Of a stretch of DNA of 64,000 nucleotides, positions 24,901 through 35,700 are shown in pieces. The notes under the pieces were generated by a model. That model was not told the DNA's origin. It saw only the letters and a program-made list of their open reading frames with translations, and searched no databases. Location of the stretch: assembly GCA_907165135.1 (NCBI GenBank), contig OU015567.1, positions 11,470,001 through 11,534,000 of the forward strand, given 5' to 3'. The stretch is from Oikopleura dioica (taxonomy: Eukaryota > Animalia > Chordata). Position numbers and translations under genes: made by a program. Position 1 is the first letter of the stretch. Each line of letters starts with the position of its first letter.

Positions 24901-27900
24901 TTGTGGTAAATCCGATCATTGTCTGGATCTTCGACCCAAACCCAGAATGGCTCTCCTCCATTTCCTTCATTCATCACCATATCGATGTTGATCTTGAGCA
25001 CGACACGAACGATAGTTCGGGTAATTGGTTGAACATCGGCTTCGATTTCTATCCTCGGAATCTTATTGGCCATCTTCTTGATAAACTCTGCGATCTTCAT
25101 GTTATTCACCAATTGTCCGATCTCTTTTTTTGGCATATCGCGAATCTTTTCGAGCGTAAGATTTTTCCGTTCAATTTTGTCCATTGCTGGACGATTGGTA
25201 TCCTTATTCACGAATGTCTTGAACTGGTAAAAAGGGTGCCAAGTCCACCACATCTTGTTCTCCATTCCAAGGCACATCTTGTGAAGCTCATTCGTTAAAT
25301 GACACATGCCATATTTTCTGACAATTTCAAATAAACCTCTTGCGATTCTTGACAAGTTCTGGTCGATGTAGTTTAAGTCTGAGTTGAGACTCGAAACACG
25401 AGCATATGATCCATTTAAATAAGCTTGAATGAGACAGTTGACTTTTCCAGCGGTATTTTCAACTCCACCGACGACTTTGTACTCTGTCTCGGTATTTAAT
25501 CGATCGTTCATCCATTTCTTCATTTCTTACACGCATCTGCTCGAATTCCTTACTGTTAGCAATCAAATCCAACAAATACATGACGGAGATGCTTGCTGTT
25601 TTGTCGATTCCAGAATTGTATATTTGTACAGAATCGTGACGGATATAAAAATGAGATGCTGTTCTGCCGAGATCGCAAGCTGCTAAAGTCTGAGTACTTG
25701 GATTGTATCTGACCATTTTTGCTCGATCGAGCTCATTAGCCGCGTCGATGATGAATTTTCTCTTGACTTCGTGGATTCCACCCAGATCGGATATCTGTTC
25801 ACGATTTAGTCCGTAATGAAAAGGATTCTTTGTTATTCGTATGTCGAGGTAAGTGTAGGAAAGCCAGCGAACAGCGTCGTCTACGTTAGCCACAGAGCCA
25901 GAGGCGATCTCTGCGTTCAAGTTGTCAGTGATCTTCGAAAGGAATTGGGATTCAATCGGCGCGGCACGGATCATCAAAGAGACGTAGTGCACCAATTTAT
26001 CATGGGTGGTGATAATTGTGGCTTCTCCGGAAGTATCGAATTGAGGCCTTCCAGCTCGACCAAAGATCTGCTGCACGTCAAGAATTGATAAGTCAATGTA
26101 TCTTCCATCAACGTAAATTTCTGTTCCTTTGATGACTACAGCATATGCGGGCAAGTTAACACCCCAAGCGAGGGTAGATGTACAGCAAAGAACGCGAATA
26201 AGACCTTGCTCAAACAGTTTTTCAGTAAGGGAACGATCGGATCGAATCATTCCAGCGTGATGACAGCCGAATCCGTACTGAAAGAACTTCGAAACTTCTT
26301 TGCTCCTGGCATTCTTAACTCGGCGGCTGAGGTCGTTGTATCGATGATGATCGGGGTCAGGTTCGAATTCCCGGCGGGTGCCCTCTTGTGAAGCCTGTTC
26401 CATTAGACTTTCACAGGTCTTAGCTGTCGCTCCACGGGAGTGGACAAAAATCATGACTTGTTTGCCGTTTCTTATATGCTGCAAGGCGATTTTATAAGCT
26501 TGTTGGTCCATGACATTGAGCTGTGCAAAACGACCACCCTTTGCTTTCACGCCAATATATCGCGTATCAAGAGGCACCGGACGAAATCGCCCATCAAAGA
26601 AGAAAAGTCCTTTGTCAAGATTCACTCGCAAAAACTTTGCCACATCGACATAGTTGGGAAGGGTAGCACTCAAGCCGACTATTCGTATCATTTGCTGTGA
26701 TGTATTAACAAGTCGCAGAGTTCTTGCCACAAGCGCTTCAAGAACAGCACCTCGAGAGTCCTGGAGCAAGTGAATTTCGTCAAGAATTAACAGTTTGATC
26801 TTAGACATAAGTTCTACATCTTGCAGTCGCTTTCGTGTCAACACATCCCACTTTTCGGGAGTTGTGACAAGCATTTGCGTCTCTTCAATTTCCTTTTTCG
26901 TCAAATTCATGTCTCCAGTGTATTCGCGGACTTTTATGCCCAAGCATTGAAGTTTACTCTGAAATTTCTCCGTGACTTCTGCAGCAAGCGCTTTCATAGG
27001 CGCGACGTAGATGATCTTGAAGTCTTTAAGCTTGAGCGTTCCAACCTCGTTGATGTTTTGTCTGATCACATTCAACACAGTCAACATGGCAACATTTGTC
27101 TTACCAGCACCAGTTGGCGCCGCTACCAGAAGGTTCTCATTCGTATTCGATGCAGCGTCAAAGACGATTGATTGAAGATTATTTAGCGATTCCATCCCGT
27201 TAAAAACGAGCTTGGACACTTTGTCCAACTTCGCAATCGGTATTCTAGGATACTGCTTCGCTACTTCTGGTGGGAGCTTATTCCTAGGCTTACCGCGGTG
27301 TTTTTCGATTTTCAAGGTTCTTTTGAAAAATCTCCCCATACTTTCAGAACATATGCATCAAGACAAGCCTTGAAAAACTGCACTTGCAGAATTTTCGATA
27401 TGAGTCATCTTACCTCTTTTTTTGGGGAATTTTTAGCGAGAAAAAAAGCACTAGTTTGATTAGAAGCGGCTTTTGAGTGCGTGCTAGATCGATTTTGATA
27501 ATTTGATGCCTACCATGTGAAAGATAAGCGCAAGATGCATCGATACATATGAAATTTATTATTGCGGAGTGCTTCCTTCATATGATTCTAGGGCTCCAAA
27601 GTTGACGCGAGCAGCCAGATACGAAAATCCAATATTATCAACTTCTGATATAAGCATGCTATGATGATGTTTTATAGCTCAAATTGAAGCTTATTAATTA
27701 CTGAACAAAATGGGGTGGTATTTTTGACCAGCCGGTTGTGCTTCCGGTTCGTCGCGGTTCTTGCCCGGAAATAGGTTAAAATGTGGGAATATGTATATCA
27801 AATGAATTCATTTTCAACAGCGAATCTTTTTACATATTCAGAAGTTCAACCGCCTGGTTATTCTTGCGGTTCATGGTGGTTCATGGTGGTTCATGGTGGT

Positions 27901-29515
27901 TCATTGGATTTTCGTATCTGGCTGCTCGCGTCAACTTTGGAGCCCTAGAATCATATGAAGGAAGCACTCCGCAATAATAAATTTCATATGTATCGATGCA
28001 TCTTGCGCTTATCTTTCACATGGTAGGCATCAAATTATCAAAATCGATCTAGCACGCACTCAAAAGCCGCTTCTAATCAAACTAGTGCTTTTTTCTCGCT
28101 AAAAATTCCCCAAAAAAGAGGTAAGATGACTCATATCGAAAATTCTGCAAGTGCAGTTTTTCAAGGCTTGTCTTGATGCATATGTTCTGAAAGTATGGGG
28201 AGATTTTTCAAAAGAACCTGCGAAATAGAAAACACCGCGGTAAGCCTACTTATTCCCTTCATTCGGAATTTTGATTTCTTCATATTCGTTCAGATCTATT
28301 CGCTCAGTTCCCTCAGGTAGAACCAATGATTTTCCAGTGATGAAGATCGGATTCTTCCGCGCCATTTCCGCCATCTTGTCAAACACCAAACTTGTATTTC
28401 GGCCTTTCAACCTGTGCGAATCGCGCTGTTCGGGTAGCATCTTCGACCATTTGCGCCATTCTCTGCTCTCTGAGTGCTTCTACGTCTAAGATGCTGTCAT
28501 TATCTTCTTCATAATTTGTTCCGCCTTTATTCGCCTTCGTTTGCTGCTTCTTTTCTCGCTTTTTGTCCTTTTGGATCATCTTCCGAAGTCGTTTTTCAGA
28601 GGTTGTTTGAACCATTCCTGGATCTCTGAGAACCCGATCAGTAGTAGCAAAAGCACCGGATAGTTTGATAGCTTCGGAAACAATACGAGACTTGTTCTTG
28701 ACAATTTCAGGAATGATATCAATGTAGTCGAAGCCAATGATGGTCACAAGCTCATTGGACAAAACCTCATCCGAGTTGTTTTTCTGGAGCTCTCGCACAA
28801 CAGCATTGAGTACATGAGCGGCTTCATCGGCGAAGGAACCGACTAAAGTTCGCTCAAGCCAATTGAAGTCAAAAACTTCTTGTTCGGGTTCATTTTTTTG
28901 CTTCTTGGACTTTTTCAGTCTGCAACTTTGCGCGATACTTGTCCAAATACTTCTGCAAATCATCAGGAATGAGGCAATACTCGTCGTCAAGTGGCGATTT
29001 GTCCGAGAGTTCAAGACCCCAAGGAACAAACTCATCGCAGCCCTCTTGAATGATAACCGCACTTTTGAGAATGCTGACAGCACTTTTAAGCCAACCCAGA
29101 CAACTTTTTCCGACAGAAAATTTCGCATTTGTGCGGAATTCGTTATTTCAGAGTATGCTTTAGTTTTAGCTTCGCGTTGAACATATTCCGCTGTCGCTCT
29201 GTCAAGGAATCAATTTAATATTTTTGTTATGTATTATCAATAATCAAGAACAACGAAAAGATCATCCCAAAATCCCTGTAAATCTTAATCGCCAGCTCGT
29301 CTCTATCGTTCCCGGGAGCATCATTGCCAATAATCTCCTGCGCCTCGTCTCTTATATTCCCAAGCTCAAGTAATGCCTGAGAATAGCTGGCTCCTTTTTC
29401 GACCGACACTTGCCCTTTATCTCATCACACAAGGAAGTCCACCGGCTGGTTTGAGTATCGGGGACATTTGAGTAAAAGCCCCGAAACTCCTAACCCGGCC
29501 CGTGAAACGGACCAT
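21924..29515 (-). CDS. ASCC3: Ski2-like tandem helicase ASCC3 (Slh1), interrupted by a MITE and apparent frameshifts
   Basis: N-terminus MVRFTGRVRSF; two helicase cassettes (APTGAGKT..DEIH; APTGSGKT..YIAPLKALVKERMDDW..DEIH) and two Sec63 regions. The N-terminus and second-cassette motifs fit ASCC3 rather than SNRNP200. Confidence 0.93.
27285..28248. mobile_element. hAT-like non-autonomous foldback MITE, 964 bp, about 347-bp TIRs, 8-bp TSD CTTATTCC
   Basis: Arms 27285-27633 and 27903-28248 are near-identical inverted repeats beginning TAGGCTTACCGCGGTG. The direct repeat CTTATTCC is at 27277-27284 and 28249-28256. Confidence 0.93.
27868..27904. repeat. 10-bp tandem repeat (TCATGGTGGT)x3 in the MITE loop
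   Basis: Directly visible at 27871-27900. Confidence 0.9.
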
Positions 29516-29770
29516 CTAAAGAAAAAAGTTTTGTGTTTATTACGAATTTGTATTTTTGAACCAGTGAATATTTGAGGAAGTGCAGGGTCAGGACTAAAAA
29601 ATAAGTGTGATAATAAAAGTGAATTCTAAGTGATTGACATCTTTATAAAGTTTTTTTGTTCAGGACAGTTTTGTAGGACGTTCTTCGGATTTTGATGGTT
29701 GACGCTCGCTTTGAACTACAAAAATATTGAAAAGATATTCGAAAAATAAATACCTGAGTTACTGCTCGTG

Positions 29771-32700
29771 TTATGAGATCGTCTTATAACTCTTTGTATT
29801 TGAACTCTCTTGACCATTTGACCCCGTTGGCGAAGGAGTCGTCCTCGATAAAGTTTGGAAGCCCTTATTCGTGAGTTTTACATCCAGCGTGCACTGAATT
29901 CCAATTTATTTACTAAGAAGAATGAAATATCACATACCCGTATTTGCTGTTTCGGTCTTGGGGCAACAGGCTGTTGGACGGGACGGAAATGTCGGCTTGG
30001 GTCGATAGGTGGTCTTGGTTGAATATTTTGGATGTTTTGCGCGAGTCGTGGTCTGATGGGTTGCTCCATCACAGGCCGGCGTAAATTCAGCTGTGGCTGG
30101 ACAATGCTCCTGAAAAAAATTACTCATAGCCTATGAGTCATAGGGTAAAACACTGAAAGAGATGTGCTTACGGTCTTGCTGGATTCGCGTGTACTCTTTG
30201 CTGCTCAGTCGAATAAGCAACCCTCCTCTGGCGATTCGGATCCGCTACAATCGTCAACGGGCTCGTGGATGTTCTTCTAAGCGGAGCATTCTTGAAATTC
30301 GCCTCTAGTCGGCGGCGTTCTTCTAGGTGCTTTAGTTCTAGCTGTTCAAGCTGTCGCTGGCGTTCAAGTTGAAGCCGTTCTTCCGCTAGAATGTACAAAT
30401 AGTTAACAGTTAAAGCAAAAATTTGTGCTTACAAAAAGACGCCATCGAAGCACTAGAAGTGGGCGGTGCTGGCTGTAGCTTCACATATCGACTTTGAGGC
30501 TTTTGATAAATAGCATTGGTCTGCACAAATTGCGAGTAATCAGTGACAGGATTGATTTGAACCCGCGGTTGTGTGATAGTTTTTGGTTGCTGGGAAAGAG
30601 GCACACGCATTTTCTTCCTTGCCGGCCCCAAGGGAACAGATTGCTCCTTATCAGGTATATTGAGTTTTCTTTTTACTGTCTTAAATAGGCAGATATATAA
30701 GAAGATTGGGAAATATCAGATTACCTGTGAGAAGGAGGGGGTAAAACCAACTGGAGGCATGAATGTTTTTGTTGCCTTGACCTTACTCGCACTTTTCTCA
30801 GCTGGTTTTACTTGATCTACGGGATTTGGACCGCTAGGAGGTACCCTGATGATTTTAGGTACTGGCTGCCCCTGCGTCTGTTCTCCTCGGGAATTTGTCG
30901 GAGTTAAAACAGGCACTATGTCTTTCTCGGTAGTTGGTGGAGGTGGTACGACGCTACTCTTTTTGTCAGGATTTGAGCTAGTGCAGTCCACTTCATTAGT
31001 TTTCGATGTTGTCTCAGTATTTCGTTGTTCATTTTGTTCAGGTTCTTTCTGATCTTTTTCTTCTTGTTTCTTTATTTCAGGATTGAGTTTTTCTGGAATT
31101 TCTACCTTCTCGGAAGTGGTATGTACTTTCTCATGAGTTTCAGGGATAACAATCGTCTGTTTTGACAGGGAGATTTCATTATTTTCAGCGGAAGCTTTCT
31201 CCGGTATTTCCGATTCTCGAGGTTCTTCTTTTTCAGACTCTTTTTGCTCAAAAGCATCCGATGTCTCAGTGATTGTCGTGTCAGCCTCCAGAATGGTTTC
31301 GTCAGCACAAATTGTATCGTCAAGATCTTCCTCTTTTTCGTCATCTGCGTCATTTTCGGTTTCGGATACTTTCTTTGTCCTCGAAAATAAGCTATCTGGA
31401 TCGATATTTTCTGCGCTGGAGACTTCCTCATCCTCTGTCTGGAGAAGGTCCTTTGGGACTATCTCTAGGGAAGGCATCTCTGCATCGGAAGAAGCAACAG
31501 ATTGAGGATATCTATGAGGCGCTGGAGAAGATAGGACACTTCCCGGGCGCGAATCAATTGATTCCCGATCACTTTCAGAGAAGCTAAAAGTGAGCTCAAA
31601 GCTACCAGGCTCTTGCTGTTTCAAGCCGAGCTTTGGGTTCTCTAAACAGCTTTCATCAACTTCTAGCTGTTCCATTGTATCAGTTTTATTCACAGTCGAC
31701 TCATCTGAAAGCGAAGCATTTTGGTTGGCTGGTCGTTTGGATTGAGTGACTTCACGCTCAAGATTGACGCGCTCACTTGGCTTCTCTGTTTTCTGGCTGG
31801 CCGTTTTGGGTTCTTGAACTTGGGAAAGAGCGGGCGTGCGATTATCTTCTTGGGTTTTATTAGCGAGGAGGGCTCCACTCAGTGAGGATGGCGTAGTGTC
31901 TTCCGATACAGAGGAGCCTTTTGTTTGTTCAAGAATTTTATGTTGATTGGCTGCGCTTTGCACTGTAGATATAGTAGCAGTTGGGCGGTCCAAGGATGTT
32001 TTCTCTTTAACGAAAATAGGAGTCAATGGGACTTTGAATTCCTCTACTGGAGAATTACGATTTTTAAGTTCACTGGTACTTTGAAGTTCAAGTTGATTAT
32101 CGGTGTTGTTCTCCACTGATAGTAGCTTGTTCTTGTCTTCGTCACATGAGAGCTTCGAAGATGCGTGTAGCTGACCCTCCGAGTTAGTAATGGAGGTTTC
32201 TGACGTATTGTCCGGAGGGCAGACTTCTAGTTTTTGTTGAGTAAGTTCCACGCCTGGATCGGATTCGACAATATTGGCGATCTTATGTTTACCATCACTG
32301 CTGGACTCGTTTACAGTATTGATTTTTGCGGGATCAACACTGGGAGGATCAGTTTTTGAGTCCATCGGACTCGCTTCTTCAGCCACGTTTTCAAGACCGA
32401 TTTTTGTCGGTGCTTTATTTTCCATTGAACGTTCTTTCCTTGTAGCAATTTTTGTATCGTCATCTATCGCTAAAGTAGTTTCTGAAGAATTACCATCGTC
32501 AGAATGAGTGTCGTTTGTTAATGTAATATTTTCTTTGGAAGGACTATTTGTTTCATTTGATGTTGTCGGCGGGTGATGGTTCCCCAAAGCTGCATCTGCT
32601 AATAGATTCAAGACATAGTTTGCATCCGATGCAGCTTTTCCGGGTCGAGGCGACGAGGTTTGATCGTCGCCCTCCCCTGAGGAATCATCGCGGGAGACGT

Positions 32701-35700
32701 TTTTTGACAGCTGAGAGGGGGAGTTGATTGCACTGGAATTATTGTCACATGATAGGTTCGTTGATTCGGGTACGGGTGATTCATTTTCTTGTTCTGGGTC
32801 AGTTAGGGTCGTTTCTGCGTTTTGAGTGGTTTCAATTCGATTGTCAGACTCGTCCGAAGGTCTTGGCTCGGGAGTTCGTGGTTCAGGAGTCACCGGCTCG
32901 GCTTCTGCCTCGGACTCTGATTCAGAAGCTTCTTCTTCAGCTCTTTTACCGAGAAGGAGATCGAGAGGCTCGTCGTCGTCCTCGTCATCGATGACCTCTT
33001 CGTTAACAGGGCTGAAGGTAAGATCTGGCGTATCAGATCCGAAGTAAGCGGGCTCTTCATCTTCGCTAGACGACGTTTCGCACAGCAGATCAATAATTGC
33101 GGTCTCTTCGGCAAGGAAATTGCCACAAGAATCGTAATTATTGCTTCCGCCGTAGTCGCCGTAGCCTTCGCTATCGGGCTCCATTTTGACAATCGTTTGA
33201 CTCTGCTGCTGAGCCTCGGTGAGATGACTACCGTAAGTAATCGCTGGCGGTGGTGTAACAGCTGGTGTCGGTGATCTAATTGGTTCCGAGACAGCAGCAG
33301 CAGGAGACGCGCTGCCCTGGGACCCGTCACCAGACTTCGTGACTTCCCGTAAGTTTTTTGACGAGCTGTCATCTGGAGTCTCTATCTCCTTTGGTGGTAC
33401 CTCAGGAGTGGACTCTGTGGGCATTTCTGGTGTGTGTACTCGTTCTACAGGGATATTTTCGTCGGGAGTTGAAGTCGGTGGTGGGCTTGGGCTTTTCATT
33501 CGCGCCTTTTTCTCTGGAGGTGGGAGTTTTGCTTCTTCCTCATCATTTTTATCGGGTTCTTTATCCGGTGGTTGCTTGGGGAAAGAATCTGGCGGCGGTT
33601 TTCCAGGGATGTCTTTTATAAAATTTACTACAGGAGAGGCAGAGGATCCAGCCTGTAACGTATCGGAATTGCGTCGTTTAAGCTCGAAAGAAGGAGGAAT
33701 ATTGATCTTTACTTCTTGATTGCTGGAAGCTGGTTTCTGATAGAGAAGATTCACAAAGTCAGTTTCAACATCAGCCTTTTCCTTCGTCGATTCCATTTGT
33801 TTTGCAATCTCGGCTTCTTTTGCAGCACGGACTTTAGCGGCTTCGCGATCTTTCGCTGCTTCTCGTTCCTTTTCTCGTCTTGCTCGCTCGATGCTTTTTC
33901 GCTCATCTGCCTCGATTTGTTGAAGAGCTTCGCGCTTTGCTTTTTCCAAAGCTTCCTTTTTGGCTTTTTCTTTCTTTTGGGCCTCAAGAAGAGCTTTAGC
34001 TTCAGCATTTCTCTTCTCTCCAGCTTCTTTTTCGAGTTTCCTAGCAAGCTCCGCAGCTTCTTTAGCCTTTCTAGCCTCCTCTTCTTGCTGTTTTTGCTGG
34101 AGTTTCTGACGCTCAAGTTCTTCGCGTTCTTCTTTTTCGCGTCTTCTGCGTTTCGCCTCTTCTTCCTCGAGTTTTCGGCGTTTTTGCTCTTCCGCTTCTT
34201 TTTGTTCGCGGCGCTTTTGCTCCAAAGGGCTTGAAGCTGAGCTCGTTCAGAACGCTCTCGTTCCAATTGTTGCCGCTTTCGTTCTTCTTCAAGTTTTCGC
34301 TTTTCGGCAGCTTTTCGTTCTGCTTCCTTGATTGCTCGTTGTCGTTGTTCCTCCGCTTCGCGAAGTTGTTTCTCGCGAATGGCTCTTTGCCTAGCTTCAG
34401 CTTCCGCCTTTGCTTTCGCCGCTTCCTCTCTGCGTCGCGCTTCTTGTTTCTCAGCTTCAATTCTGCGCGCTTCCTCGAGTAGACGAGCTTCTTCCATCTT
34501 TTGGCGACGGATTTCTGCTTGTCTTGCCTGTTCTGCTTTCATCGCTTCCTCCATCCTCCTTTCCTGCTCCTGTTTGATTAGCTGTTTCTCCAGATTCTGA
34601 AGCTCTTTTTCTTTTTTTCGCTTGCTCGATGGCGCGTTTTTCCGCCTCTTCTTTGCGTTTCTTTTCCTTCTTTGCACTTTCCGCTTTTCCAGCATCCTCA
34701 GCCGCTTGCGCAAGCATCTGAAGCGGACACTCGTTCATAGGCTTCACCACTTTCGGCTGCACTGGATACAGTTCTTGACGAAAGAGAGAATGTCCAGGTG
34801 GATTTTCGGCCGCTTCAGGTCTTGGCATGATGCGTTGACCGGGAAAGTCAGCGTCAGATGTCTTTGGAGCGATTCTTTGTCGTGGCGTGATGAGTGACTC
34901 GACTGAGTAGGGCTGGGATGTGGCATTTTGCTGACTTTGGCTTGCAGAACTGGCGCTAGAACTATCAGCGAAATCGAGTACCCGGTGAGATTGCTGTTGT
35001 GCTTGTGGCGCTTGCGCTTCGGAAACTGCGTTACGCGGCGCGATGCGCTGGGAGAGAAACTGTTGTGGAGATGGAATTACGCCACGGATAAAAGCGGATG
35101 CTGGGTATTGCTGGACGGAATATGGGGAGAAGAATTGCTGGTAAAGAACTTCTGGAGTGCCTCCTGGCTGTCCGCGGATCGGAGTCTTTAGCGGGGTCGA
35201 ATTTCGAGTAAAGAATGATAAGAAAGGAAATGCACGACAAGATGAAACAGACAACTTGACAAAAAGACAGCGAAAAGCACAATACAACATAAAGAACTAC
35301 AGCCTGCAAAAAACACACACAAATGAGAAAATGCAAATGAAAAAGGAATAATTAGGTGACCCCTGCCTTCTGGGATGCCTTCTGCTGCTGTAAACCAACG
35401 AGGACCGAAGGAACGCCGGTTCGGGGGCTCGGATTTCCGATCATCGACTGCTGTGGCTTGAATAAATTAGGAGCAGGGGTGGAACTATTGAGTGGATTTC
35501 ATTTGGTGTATTTTTTATTAAAGCGTTTTTCGTTTTTTGATTTTTAAGTTAGCAAAAATTATCACTTCGAATAGGAGTAAATGAAACAATCCTTGGCACT
35601 GGCTGGATGGAGGATTTATCTTCCTCGACGCTTGGAACTTTTGACGGGTTGACTTTAGATAAAAAAAATAATGCTGACTACGGTCAATAAGCATGGATTA

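Noticed and set aside
25495-25525. Programmed autoregulatory frameshift in ASCC3
   Set aside because: No slippery site is evident, and similar indels occur in neighbouring genes, so assembly error is more parsimonious.
27285-27339. Start of ORF 25459-27339 (MGRFFKRTLKIEKHRGKP) as a real N-terminus
   Set aside because: It is translated MITE TIR sequence; ASCC3 homology continues beyond the element.
33716-34897. Long F/L/S-rich plus-strand ORFs
   Set aside because: Antisense shadows of the K/E-rich NCoR coil. The same applies to many minus-strand ORFs over 5-13 kb.
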